Origin: Candidatus Micrarchaeota archaeon
GTDB lineage: Archaea; B1Sed10-29; B47-G15
Reading direction: 5' to 3'
Assembly (NCBI GenBank): GCA_003660975.1
Contig: QMVG01000002.1
Coordinates: 93,848 to 117,847 of the forward strand
DNA length: 24,000 bases
In this document: positions 1 to 8,427 of the stretch, in pieces
Position numbering within the stretch: the first letter of the stretch is position 1
Layout of the letters: each line of letters begins with the position of its first letter
Translations under genes and position numbers: made by a program
The notes under the pieces: model-generated
What the model was told of the DNA's origin: nothing
What the model saw: the letters and a program-made list of their open reading frames with translations, nothing else
Databases searched by the model: none

Positions 1-1
1 C

Positions 2-397
2 AATAGAAGAGAGCAAAAGATTATTATGAAGGCGCTTGCTGATGCGAGAACAAGTACTGATGACAGTTCAAACATGCTGCCTGAAGAACAGAACCTCTAT
101 TTTCGCATAAAAGAAGCGCTCAAAGACAGTAGGTCTGACTTCTCCGTCATACTAGCAGGCAAAACTCCGAAAAAAGCAGAGACAAATGTGCTAAACGAAA
201 AGCTTGGTGATGAAATCGCGAAGGAAGATAAGCAGGAAGATTTAAATATTATTCTTGTAAGAACTATAAAGAAGGTGCCTAAATTTGTGGGTTCTGATTT
301 GAAGGAATACGGGCCCTATGAAGCCAACGAGCTCGTGAATATTCCCAAAAAAGAAGCAGAGCTTCTTTCAAAGCAAGGTTTCATTGAAATCATCTAG
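2..397 (+). CDS. C-terminal part of archaeal GINS DNA replication complex subunit (Gins51/Gins23-like); 5' end probably outside window
   Basis: Frame is open from base 2 without a stop before the ATG at 26. The C-terminus 'VRTIKKVPKFVGSDLKEYGPYEANELVNIPKKEAELLSKQGFIEII' matches the archaeal GINS B-domain pattern (V+R.l..vP.FVG.d...YGP+..+++v.+P...A..L...G...+I). Located just upstream of rpl44e. Confidence 0.65.
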   Translation, partial: NRREQKIIMKALADARTSTDDSSNMLPEEQNLYFRIKEALKDSRSDFSVILAGKTPKKAETNVLNEKLGDEIAKEDKQEDLNIILVRTIKKVPKFVGSDLKEYGPYEANELVNIPKKEAELLSKQGFIEII

Positions 398-405
398 GTG
401 ATAGA

Positions 406-702
406 ATGAAGGTTCCATCTAAGATAAAAACATATTGTCCATACTGCAGGAAGCACACAGAGCATAAGGTAAAGTCAATAGTGCAGAAGCACTCACCAGC
501 TAAGCCAAGAACACTAAGCTGGGGGCAGCAGAAGCACTTAAAGAAGATAAAGGGTTACAAGAGCAAAGTGGCAGGTAGCGCAGACCATGTAAAGCAGTCT
601 GCCCGAAATGTGCTCTATTTACAGTGTACTATTTGCGGTAAGCAGCACCATATGTCTATAGGCTCTAGAACAAAAAAGAAAATTGAAAAGAAAAAGGAGT
701 AG
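406..702 (+). CDS. rpl44e: 50S ribosomal protein L44e
   Basis: MKVPSKIKTYCPYCRKHTEHKV...CTICGKQHHMSIGSRTKKK; two CxxC zinc pairs and characteristic L44e sequence. Confidence 0.97.
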   Translation: MKVPSKIKTYCPYCRKHTEHKVKSIVQKHSPAKPRTLSWGQQKHLKKIKGYKSKVAGSADHVKQSARNVLYLQCTICGKQHHMSIGSRTKKKIEKKKE

Positions 703-707
703 GTGGT

Positions 708-899
708 TTGATGGACAACTTATTCCTGAAGCCAAAGTCAAAGTTCGTTAAGGTAAAATGCGAGAACTGTGGAAATCAGCAGATAGTCTTTCAATCTTCT
801 GCTACAGTGGTTAAATGCTTAAAGTGCAATGCGGTTCTGGTTGAGCCTACAGGTGGAAAAGCAAAGATTAATGGCAGTATTGTTAAGGTTCTTGATTAG
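708..899 (+). CDS. rps27e: 30S ribosomal protein S27e
   Basis: 63 aa, FVKVKCENCGNQQIVFQSSATVVKCLKCNAVLVEPTGGKAKI; zinc-ribbon S27e pattern; immediately after rpl44e as in many archaea. Confidence 0.95.
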   Translation: MMDNLFLKPKSKFVKVKCENCGNQQIVFQSSATVVKCLKCNAVLVEPTGGKAKINGSIVKVLD

Positions 900-908
900 G
901 GTTTTGTT

Positions 909-1682
909 ATGAGTAGGAAGGAATGGCCAGAAACCGGTGAATTGGTTGTAATTAAGATAAAGAGGGTTAGTCATTACGGTGCAATAGCAGAGCTGCTTGA
1001 GTATCCTGGAAAAGAGGGTTTCATTCATATTTCAAATGTGGCCAATTCTTGGGTTAAAAACATAAGGAGTTTTGTTTCTGAAGGGCAGGTAAGGGTTGCT
1101 TCTGTAATCAGGGTAAATCCAGACAAGAGGATAGCAGACCTCTCTCTCAGAAAGATCTCCGCGCAGCAGGAGAAGAGGAGACTTTCTGATTGGAAGAGAA
1201 AAAAGAGAGCCAACAAGATATTTGAGAATCTCTGCAAAAAGCTAAAAGAAGACCCAGAAAAGGCATATGCGAAGGTGGCAGAGCCGTTAATAGATGTGTT
1301 TGGTGATTTGTATTCAGTATTTGAGAACATAAAGCTAAACGGACCTGAGGTTTTAGACGCTGTTAAGATACCTGAGAAATGGAAGAAGCTTCTAATAGAG
1401 TATACAAACGAAAACATAAGCATACCTGAAGTAGAAATAAAAGGTGTGCTAACTTTGACAAGCACTGCTCCAGACGGCGTTGACTTGATAAAAAAAGCCC
1501 TGCTAAAAGCTAAGTCAAATAATGTTAACATATATTATATATCTGCCCCAAGATATGCCATTGAGGTAAAGGGAAAGACATATCAAGAAGCTGAAAAGAG
1601 AATGGAGAAGGCCGTGGCATCCGTTGTTGATTATATGAAAAAGCACGGAGGAGAGGCTTCATTTGAAAGGATTAAGACCTAG
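909..1682 (+). CDS. eif2a: Translation initiation factor aIF2 subunit alpha
   Basis: N-terminal S1 domain (WPETGELVVIKIKRVSHYGAIAELLEYPGKEGFIHISNV) and C-terminal EVKGKTYQEAEKRMEKAV; conserved gene order. Confidence 0.95.
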   Translation: MSRKEWPETGELVVIKIKRVSHYGAIAELLEYPGKEGFIHISNVANSWVKNIRSFVSEGQVRVASVIRVNPDKRIADLSLRKISAQQEKRRLSDWKRKKRANKIFENLCKKLKEDPEKAYAKVAEPLIDVFGDLYSVFENIKLNGPEVLDAVKIPEKWKKLLIEYTNENISIPEVEIKGVLTLTSTAPDGVDLIKKALLKAKSNNVNIYYISAPRYAIEVKGKTYQEAEKRMEKAVASVVDYMKKHGGEASFERIKT

Positions 1683-1686
1683 GCTT

Positions 1687-1833
1687 ATGAGATGTCCGAA
1701 GTGTGGCAGATATACTATGAAAAATAGCTGCCCTCTCTGCGGTGCTGAAACAGTCAAAGCAGAGCCGCCGAGGTTTTCACCACTAGACAAATATGGGGAG
1801 TATAGGAGAAGATTGCTGTATGAAAGAAGCTAA
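1687..1833 (+). CDS. nop10: H/ACA RNP component Nop10 (48 aa), not in the supplied ORF track
   Basis: Direct translation from ATG 1687: MRCPKCGRYTMKNSCPLCGAETVKAEPPRFSPLDKYGEYRRRLLYERS*. CPKCG/CPLCG zinc ribbon plus P.RFSP.DKY..YR motif; lies between aIF2-alpha and PAC2, its usual archaeal location. Confidence 0.95.
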   Translation: MRCPKCGRYTMKNSCPLCGAETVKAEPPRFSPLDKYGEYRRRLLYERS

Positions 1834-2584
1834 AATAAAGGTTCTGGCAAGACCTAAATTGAAGAGACCGATACTCATAGAGGGACTGCCAGGTTTGGGT
1901 CTTGTAGGCAAAATTGCCATTGACCACTTAATAAGAAGCTTGAAGGCCAAAAAGTTTGCAGAACTTTACTCACCTCATTTTCCCCCAATAGTTATCATTA
2001 TGCCAGATGGCAGCGTAAGAATGATAAAAAATGAGTTTTACTATGCCAAAATGCGCGGGAAAGCCAGAGATTTGATACTTCTCACAGGAGACCATCAGGG
2101 CCTCACTGTAGAGTCATTTTATGAACATGCTGGCAAGATTATAGATTTCGCTAAGAGATACAGGACCAGCCTTGTTATCACTTTAGGGGGCTTAGGCACC
2201 AAAAAAATAGTCCAAAGACCCAACGTCTTTGGGGCTGCGAGCAGTAGCGGCTTGGTAAAGAAATACCAAAAGTACAACATCAAATTTGATAGAACAGGGA
2301 CACAAATAACAGGGGCTGCTGGTCTGCTGCTGGGTCTTGGCAAGCTAAAAGGAATAGACGGCCTCTGTTTAATGGGAGAAACTCATGGCAATTATGTTGA
2401 TCCAAATGCTGCAAAGGCCGTGTTGAAAGTGCTTGAAAAGATACTCAATATAAAGCTTACATATAAGGAATTGGACAGCCAATCCAAGCAGATGAAGGAA
2501 ATGTTTAAGAAATTGAGAGAGATACAGAAAGCGCCTCAGAAAACGGAGACTGGAAAGCCATTAGATTTATCTTACATAAGATGA
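1820..2584 (+). CDS. PAC2 (proteasome assembly chaperone 2) family protein
   Basis: PILIEGLPGLGLVGKIAIDHLI...LLTGDHQ...GGLGTK...GAAGLLLGLG...GETHG; classic archaeal PAC2-like motifs. The tracked start at 1793 is probably too early; ATG 1820 (MKEAKIKVLARPKLKRP) overlaps the nop10 stop. Confidence 0.9.
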   Translation: MKEAKIKVLARPKLKRPILIEGLPGLGLVGKIAIDHLIRSLKAKKFAELYSPHFPPIVIIMPDGSVRMIKNEFYYAKMRGKARDLILLTGDHQGLTVESFYEHAGKIIDFAKRYRTSLVITLGGLGTKKIVQRPNVFGAASSSGLVKKYQKYNIKFDRTGTQITGAAGLLLGLGKLKGIDGLCLMGETHGNYVDPNAAKAVLKVLEKILNIKLTYKELDSQSKQMKEMFKKLREIQKAPQKTETGKPLDLSYIR

Positions 2585-2588
2585 TCGA

Positions 2589-3815
2589 ATGAAGATTATA
2601 GCAGATCTTCATCTGCATTCCCATTTTTCAAGAGCCACAAGCCCAAAAATGAACTTGGAGGGCATATCTGAAGGTGCAAGGAAAAAGGGTTTGAACCTAT
2701 TGGGCACTGGAGATTTTACTCACCCAAAGTATTTTGAAGAGTTAAAAAGAAAACTGCTGCCAAGCGATAATGGGACAGGCATTTATGAGTATAACGGCAT
2801 TCATTTCATGCTTCAGGTTGAGATATCATTAATATATCAACAGGGAGGGAAGCAACGCAGGGTGCATCATGTAATATTTGCTCCAGATTTTGAGGCTGCA
2901 GAGCAGATTAACAGCATGTTTTCTAAGTGGGGGAGGTTAGATTACGATGGAAGGCCTATTTTTGGAAAATCATCTATGGAATTCATGGATGCTCTGATGG
3001 CTCTATGTCCTGATGCTTTTGTGGTTCCTGCTCATGCTTGGACACCATGGTATGGCATATTCGGAAGCATGAGTGGCTTTGACTCTTTAAAGGAAGCCTT
3101 CGGAGAACATGTGAGACATATCCATGCGATAGAGACAGGTTTAAGTAGCGACCCTGCTATGAACTGGAGGATAAGCGAATTGGATAATGTATCTCTGATA
3201 TCAAATAGCGATTCGCACTCCCCATATCCTTGGAGACTTGGGAGAGAAGCAAATGTTTTCGACACGAAAATGACATACAAAGACATAACTAATACTATAA
3301 CAACCAGAAAAGGATTTGAGTATACAATAGAGGTAGATCCAGCCTATGGAAAGTACCACTACGATGGGCATAGAAATTGCGGCGTGTCTATGAGCCCTGA
3401 AGAAGCGAGGAAGCACAATAACATCTGTCCTGTCTGCGGCAAGCCACTTACCCTGGGGGTGGAACACAGGGTTGAGGATTTGGCAGACAGACCAGCAGGA
3501 TATAGACCAAAGCATGCAGTTGATTTTATAAAATTGCTGCCTTTAGCAGAGTTAATCGCCACTGCGAGAAAGAGGAGCTTGTCATCACCTACTGTTACAA
3601 AAGAGATGCACCAAATAATGAAAGATTACTCCGAGCTGTATGTGCTTACTGAAATGCCTGAAGATGAAATAAGGAAAATTGCGGATGAAAGCTTAGCAGA
3701 ACTGATACTCAAAAACAGGAATCAAGAATTGAAAATTAAACCAGGCTATGATGGTGTTTACGGTGAAATAATATTGGAGAGCGGAGCTCAGTCCTCGCTT
3801 CTGGATTTTTCCTGA
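2589..3815 (+). CDS. Endonuclease Q-like PHP-domain DNA endonuclease
   Basis: PHP motifs DLHLHSHFS, GTGDFTHP, PAHAWTPWYGIFGS, SNSDSHSPYPWRLGREAN; zinc-finger-like region NICPVCGKPLTLGVEHRVEDLADRP typical of the EndoQ family. Confidence 0.88.
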   Translation: MKIIADLHLHSHFSRATSPKMNLEGISEGARKKGLNLLGTGDFTHPKYFEELKRKLLPSDNGTGIYEYNGIHFMLQVEISLIYQQGGKQRRVHHVIFAPDFEAAEQINSMFSKWGRLDYDGRPIFGKSSMEFMDALMALCPDAFVVPAHAWTPWYGIFGSMSGFDSLKEAFGEHVRHIHAIETGLSSDPAMNWRISELDNVSLISNSDSHSPYPWRLGREANVFDTKMTYKDITNTITTRKGFEYTIEVDPAYGKYHYDGHRNCGVSMSPEEARKHNNICPVCGKPLTLGVEHRVEDLADRPAGYRPKHAVDFIKLLPLAELIATARKRSLSSPTVTKEMHQIMKDYSELYVLTEMPEDEIRKIADESLAELILKNRNQELKIKPGYDGVYGEIILESGAQSSLLDFS

Positions 3816-5080
3816 TTTAAAAACTCTACGATTTCTTCAATGCTTTTCCTGTACTCCTTTCCTTTTCTCATATCTCTCAGAGTGAAAATTTTTTCATTAA
3901 TTTCTTTTGGTCCTACAATCAGGCAAAAAGGAATCTGTTTTGAAGAAGCATAGTCCATTTGTTTCTTGAGCTTCCTATCCATCAGGTCAATGTCACAATT
4001 AATGCCCTGCTTTCTCAGTTTTTGGCATATTTTTATGCTCTCTTTTCTTACCTCATCTGTTGCAGAGGCTATGAAAACAGCTGTCTTGCTTGGCAGCTTT
4101 GGCAACATTTTCATATCTTTCATAGCATCTATTATTCTCTCTAGACCTATGGTCGTGCCTGTGGCAGGCAGTTCTTTCCCTGCAAAAAGCCCTATCAGTT
4201 TATCATACCTGCCCCCACCCGTGATGCTTCCTACCTGTCCTTCTTTAACAACTGTCTCAAACACAAAAGAGGTGTAATAATCAAGCCCACGCGCCAATGA
4301 CAAATCAAAACTGATAACCTCATCTGGCACTCCAAACAGTTTAACAGCTTCAAAGAAGTCCTCGCTTTCCCCCACGGTCTCTTTGCTCACATAGTCCTTT
4401 ACTCTGTCAAGCACTTTCTTTGGTTTTCCCTTTATTTTTATTATATCCATGATTTCCTTTACCTTCGCATCATCAACGCCCCTTTTCTTTAATTCGTCAA
4501 TAACACCCATTTCACCTATTTTGTCTATCTTATCAACAGCGACAAAAATATCTTTCTCATTTTCAATGCCCAGCTTTTTGTAAATTTCACTCATTAGTTT
4601 CCTGTTGTTAATCCTTATTTCAAAAGATTTGAAACCCACTGCTTTTAACACGTCATTTGTTATTGCTATTATCTCAGCATCTGCCAGCACACTTTTGCTT
4701 CCAACTATGTCAACATCACATTGCCAGAACTCTCTATACCTGCCCTTTTGCGGTTGGTCATATCGCCAGACCCTGCTTATCTGATACCTCTTGAACGGCA
4801 CTGGCATATTCCTATTCATAGCCACATATCTAGCGAGAGGAACAGTTAAATCAAATCTTAAGGCAACATCTCTTCCGCCAAGGTCTTTAAATTTCCATAT
4901 CAGCTTTTCCTCTTCTCCGTACTTTTTCATTAATACATCAAGAAACTCAACAGCAGGAGTTTCCAAGGCCTCAAAACCATACCTTTCAAAAACTTCCTTT
5001 ATTTTGGATATCACATATTCCCTTATCCTCATCTCTTCAGGAGAAAAATCTCTGGTCCCCTTAGGTATTGAAAGTCTCAT
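3788..5080 (-). CDS. hisS: Histidine--tRNA ligase (HisRS); ORF can extend to 5089 (GTG)
   Basis: Class II aaRS motifs: PKGTRDFSPEE, ALRFDLTVPLARYVA, KRYQISRVWRYDQPQKGRYREFWQCDVDIVG, ARGLDYYTSFVFE-like 'ARGLDYYTSFVFETV', GGGRYDKLIG, GTTIGLERI. ATG at 5080 is preceded by AAAGGTG, a plausible Shine-Dalgarno. Confidence 0.96.
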   Translation of the reverse strand: MRLSIPKGTRDFSPEEMRIREYVISKIKEVFERYGFEALETPAVEFLDVLMKKYGEEEKLIWKFKDLGGRDVALRFDLTVPLARYVAMNRNMPVPFKRYQISRVWRYDQPQKGRYREFWQCDVDIVGSKSVLADAEIIAITNDVLKAVGFKSFEIRINNRKLMSEIYKKLGIENEKDIFVAVDKIDKIGEMGVIDELKKRGVDDAKVKEIMDIIKIKGKPKKVLDRVKDYVSKETVGESEDFFEAVKLFGVPDEVISFDLSLARGLDYYTSFVFETVVKEGQVGSITGGGRYDKLIGLFAGKELPATGTTIGLERIIDAMKDMKMLPKLPSKTAVFIASATDEVRKESIKICQKLRKQGINCDIDLMDRKLKKQMDYASSKQIPFCLIVGPKEINEKIFTLRDMRKGKEYRKSIEEIVEFLNQEKSRSED

Positions 5081-5099
5081 ATTGCACACCTTTCAGAAG

Positions 5100-5172
5100 G
5101 GCCCAGGCCGGGATTTGAACCCGGGCTGAGGGATCCACAGTCCCTAGTGCTAACCGCTACACTACCTGGGCC
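5100..5172 (-). tRNA. tRNA-His (anticodon GTG)
   Basis: Minus strand: G-GCCCAGG TA GTG..CAC AGGGA CTGTGGA TCCCT ... CCGGG TTCAAAT CCCGG CCTGGGC-C. Full cloverleaf, anticodon GTG, and encoded G-1 opposite discriminator C73 (the tRNA-His identity pair). CCA not encoded. Confidence 0.97.
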
Positions 5173-5203
5173 ATTAACTATAACATTCTTTATTAAGACA
5201 TTA

Positions 5204-5214
5204 TCTTTTATATT
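5204..5214 (-). promoter_or_regulatory. Putative TATA box for tRNA-His/hisS transcription unit
   Basis: Minus-strand AATATAAAAGA about 35 nt upstream of the mature tRNA 5' end; A/T-rich archaeal TATA-like element. Confidence 0.5.
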
Positions 5215-5317
5215 GGCTATGAAACAGATAAATAAAATTAGAGAAATCTTTTCAATGCATATCGTTATGAAGTGAATCGCCCATTAATCCTCACTGCCCT
5301 TTTTCTACATTTTCTAC

Positions 5318-5325
5318 TATATAAA
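5318..5325 (+). promoter_or_regulatory. Putative TATA box, probably leaderless transcript of the radical SAM gene
   Basis: TATATAAA centred about 32 nt upstream of ATG 5354, so a TSS about 25 nt downstream falls close to the start codon. Confidence 0.5.
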
Positions 5326-5353
5326 TTTATTTCGTGCATTTCATAATATTTTC

Positions 5354-6352
5354 ATGCGCAAAATATCTCTGCAAAGCAAGGTAAAAGGAATACCCCGCTG
5401 CAATTGGTGCTACCACAGGTGTGTTATCCCCGAAGGTAAAACAGGCATATGCCACAACAACATAAATATAAATGGCGAGCTTTACAGTCAGGTCTACGGC
5501 AAGGCAGTTTCAATGGCAGTAGACCCAATAGAAAAGAAGCCACTGTATCACTTCCTTCCAGGAACAACAGCTTTTTCAATAGCCACGACAGGTTGCAATT
5601 TCAGATGCAAACACTGCCAAAACTGGGAGATATCCCAGGCAAAACCAGGAGATTTGCCAACACATGATGCAATGCCTGAAGACATAGTTGAAATGGCAGT
5701 GAGGACTGCATCGTCTTCTATAGCATACACATATAATGAGCCAACAGTTTTCTTTGATTACGCTCACGATACCGGCATACTTGCACGCAAAAAAGGTTTA
5801 AAAAACATTTTCGTGACAAATGGCTACATGACCCCAGAAGCAGTTGAGCTTGCTGCTAAGGACTTTTTGGATGCCTCAAACATAGACATAAAAGGAGACG
5901 AGAACTTTTACAGAAAGGTTGTAGGCGCTGATTACAACAACGTACTGGAAAATGTGAAGAATCAGTATAAAGCAGGCATTTTCATAGAGGTAACTACATT
6001 GATAATACCAGGTTTCAATGACAATGCTGATTTTATTAGGGAAATAGCAGCTTTCCTGAAATCTCTTTCAAAGGACATACCATGGCACTTTAGCGCATTT
6101 TATCCTGCCTACCAGATGAGGGATGTTCCTCCAACACCAAGAGAAACAATTTTGAAAATGTGCGAGATAGCAAAAGATGAGGGAATGCACTATGTTTACG
6201 CAGGCAATATATGGGATAGCGGTTATGATAACAGCTATTGCCCTTACTGTGGTGCATTGCTTGTAAGGAGAAAAGGATATGATGTTGAACTTTTAATCCA
6301 TGAAAACAAATGCCCAAACTGTGGCAGGAAGCTGAATTTTGTTTTAAAGTGA
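5354..6352 (+). CDS. amrS: AmmeMemoRadiSam system-type radical SAM enzyme (PFL-activating enzyme-like)
   Basis: CNWCYHRCVIPEGKTGICHNN, radical SAM GCNFRCKHCQNWEISQ (Cx3Cx2C), ASSIAYTYNEPTVFFDYAHDT, and PWHFSAFYPAYQM; C-terminal double CxxC (CPYCG...CPNCG). Confidence 0.88.
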   Translation: MRKISLQSKVKGIPRCNWCYHRCVIPEGKTGICHNNININGELYSQVYGKAVSMAVDPIEKKPLYHFLPGTTAFSIATTGCNFRCKHCQNWEISQAKPGDLPTHDAMPEDIVEMAVRTASSSIAYTYNEPTVFFDYAHDTGILARKKGLKNIFVTNGYMTPEAVELAAKDFLDASNIDIKGDENFYRKVVGADYNNVLENVKNQYKAGIFIEVTTLIIPGFNDNADFIREIAAFLKSLSKDIPWHFSAFYPAYQMRDVPPTPRETILKMCEIAKDEGMHYVYAGNIWDSGYDNSYCPYCGALLVRRKGYDVELLIHENKCPNCGRKLNFVLK

Positions 6353-6355
6353 GCG

Positions 6356-6366
6356 ATACTTTTAAA
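6356..6366 (+). promoter_or_regulatory. Putative TATA element upstream of M18 aminopeptidase
   Basis: Sequence ...gatacttttaaaatatc...; A/T-rich box in the 48-nt intergenic gap, with GGAGGGGG-type SD before ATG 6401. Confidence 0.35.
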
Positions 6367-6400
6367 ATATCACATCTCTTATTACAAGGAGGGGGTGTAA

Positions 6401-7777
6401 ATGGAGAAAAAAACGAAGTATCAAAAATTAGCTGAAAAGATTCTAATGAAAAAAGAGAGCGCTTGGTTGATGTTAAGGAAAAATGAAGAAAAGAAGGTTT
6501 TTTCCTTTGCAGAGAGCTACAAGGATTTTTTGAATAAGTCAAAGACAGAGTTGGAGGCCGTTGAGACAATAAGAAAGATAGCTGAGTCGTACGGCTTTAA
6601 AGAGTATCCAAAAAGCAAAGTAAAGTATTATCTAATAAACAGGGGCAAAAACATAGCACTGGTGAAAAAGGGAGAGAGCATTGAAAAGGGTGTAAATATA
6701 GCTATATCCCATCTTGATTCTCCTCGCTTGGATCTGAAACCACACCCCCTTTATGAGGACTCTGATATCGCCTTGTTCAAGACGCATTACTATGGGGGAA
6801 TAAAGAAATACCACTGGGTTTCATCACAGTTGGCTCTTCATGGTATTGTCATAAGAAAAGACGGTAAGAAAATTCATGTAAAAATAGGCGATTCAAAGAA
6901 AGACCCTGTTTTTACAATTGCAGACCTGCTTCCTCATCTGGATAAGAAGCAAGAGGAAAAACCAATGAAAGAGGCTATAGAAGCAGAGCAGCTGAACATA
7001 ATTGTAGGCAATATGCCTGTTAATGACAAAAAGATAGATGAAAAGATTAAGCTGAACATAATGAAAATCTTGAACGAAAAATATGGCATAACTGAGGAAG
7101 ATTTTGTGACAGCTGAGTTGCACGCAGTGCCTGTTGCAGAGGCGAGAGACCTTGGTTTTGACAAAAGCATGGTAATTTCCTACGGCCAGGATGACAAGTC
7201 GTCTACTTATGCTGCATTGCTTGCCTTTTTAGAGGCGAAAGCAAAGAAGACATTGATATTTTTAGGAGTGGACAAGGAAGAGATAGGCAGTGAGGGCCCA
7301 ACTGGCATGAAATCATCCTTTATAGAGGAAGTCATAAGGACCCTGACAAAGCAGGATCCGCGTTTGCTACTTTCGCGCTCAAAGGTTCTGTCCTGTGATG
7401 TGGATGCTGCTGTAAACCCAACATTCAAAGATGTGCACGACACTTTAAATGCCAATTACCTAGGTAGAGGGCCAGTGGTTGCCATGTATACAGGATATGG
7501 CGGCAAATACAGTGCAAGCGATGCAGGAGCCGAATATACATATAAATTGATATCAATATTAAGAAAACATAAAATCCCTTGGCAATCAGGGGAGCTTGGG
7601 AAAGTAGACGAGGGAGGGGGAGGCACGATAGCGAAATACGTAGCTAAGTATAACTGCGATGTTATTGACTTTGGTCCTCCTGTCCTAGGCATGCATGGAC
7701 CTATGGAAGTTGCCAGCAAGATAGATGTTTACTACACTTACAAAGGCATAAAAGCCTTCTATGAAGAGATGGAATAA
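6401..7777 (+). CDS. M18 family (aspartyl) aminopeptidase
   Basis: NIAISHLDSPRLDLKPHPLYED, TKGG-like 'KTHYYGGIKKYHWVSSQLALHG', VSYGQDDKSSTYAAL, GVDKEEIGSEGPTGMKSSF, SCDVDAAVNP and C-terminal GPPVLGMHGPMEVASKIDVYYTYK are M18 metallopeptidase motifs. Confidence 0.9.
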   Translation: MEKKTKYQKLAEKILMKKESAWLMLRKNEEKKVFSFAESYKDFLNKSKTELEAVETIRKIAESYGFKEYPKSKVKYYLINRGKNIALVKKGESIEKGVNIAISHLDSPRLDLKPHPLYEDSDIALFKTHYYGGIKKYHWVSSQLALHGIVIRKDGKKIHVKIGDSKKDPVFTIADLLPHLDKKQEEKPMKEAIEAEQLNIIVGNMPVNDKKIDEKIKLNIMKILNEKYGITEEDFVTAELHAVPVAEARDLGFDKSMVISYGQDDKSSTYAALLAFLEAKAKKTLIFLGVDKEEIGSEGPTGMKSSFIEEVIRTLTKQDPRLLLSRSKVLSCDVDAAVNPTFKDVHDTLNANYLGRGPVVAMYTGYGGKYSASDAGAEYTYKLISILRKHKIPWQSGELGKVDEGGGGTIAKYVAKYNCDVIDFGPPVLGMHGPMEVASKIDVYYTYKGIKAFYEEME

Positions 7778-8392
7778 TCAAATCCACCCAAAAACAGCTG
7801 CTATAAGCAGGGCACCAACACCACCAAGGCCTCCCATTATTGAGACAAGAAGCGTGAGGCCATTTATTGGGATTGCTATGCCGAGAATAAATTTGACCAC
7901 AAGCAGAGCAATTAAGCCAGCGATAGCATTGGCCAAAAACTGCTTGAAAAGCCACAAGGCGACAAATGTTATTGCCAATAACAATAATCCAATTAAAACA
8001 TATGAGTAATTGCCTTTTATGCTTCCGATTAATTTCTTTACTTTTTCTGTTGTTCCCTTTTTTCTTGGAATGTATGTGTAATTGACTTGGTTTTCATCTG
8101 TCCCATTGCTGAAGAAAAGGGAAAGCGTTTTGCTTTCTGCTGAGCTCAACACAAAAACATAACCCTGTTCCACAGGATTTACTGTCAAATTCTCGCCGTC
8201 TAACACTGCTTTTTCCAGTTTGTAATTGTCCTCTATGTTGCTTATCAGGCAGCTAACGTTTTCCCTTGAAGCCATTATCTTATGCCCCTCAATATTGGAG
8301 GCAGCACACTGTATGGTAAAAGCATTAACAGTAAGCAATGTTAAAAGCAGAGCCAAGGCCGGGTAAACACTTCTTTTAGAATATTTTGGCAT
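7778..8392 (-). CDS. Secreted/membrane protein with C-terminal BofA-like transmembrane domain
   Basis: N-terminal signal/TM (KRSVYPALALLLTLLTVNAFTIQC), central extracellular-type region with NXS/T sites, and C-terminal LANAIAGLIALLVVKFILGIAIPINGLTLLVSIMGGLGGVGALLIAAV resembling the pro-sigmaK processing inhibitor BofA family. ORF can extend to 8410. Confidence 0.65.
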   Translation of the reverse strand: MPKYSKRSVYPALALLLTLLTVNAFTIQCAASNIEGHKIMASRENVSCLISNIEDNYKLEKAVLDGENLTVNPVEQGYVFVLSSAESKTLSLFFSNGTDENQVNYTYIPRKKGTTEKVKKLIGSIKGNYSYVLIGLLLLAITFVALWLFKQFLANAIAGLIALLVVKFILGIAIPINGLTLLVSIMGGLGGVGALLIAAVFGWI

Positions 8393-8427
8393 ATGCTTAT
8401 ATAGGTGCAAGGTTCCATAAATATCTC

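Noticed and set aside
1025-1531. 168-aa antisense ORF opposite aIF2-alpha
   Set aside because: Shadow ORF of a strongly conserved gene, with no family resemblance.
3032-4277. Antisense ORFs opposite EndoQ and hisS (3032-3286, 3201-3515, 3359-3562, 3966-4277)
   Set aside because: Covered by well-supported genes on the other strand; no coding evidence.
6090-6569. 159-aa - strand ORF spanning the amrS end and M18 start
   Set aside because: Spans two confident + strand genes and their intergenic promoter; Ser/Leu-rich shadow translation.
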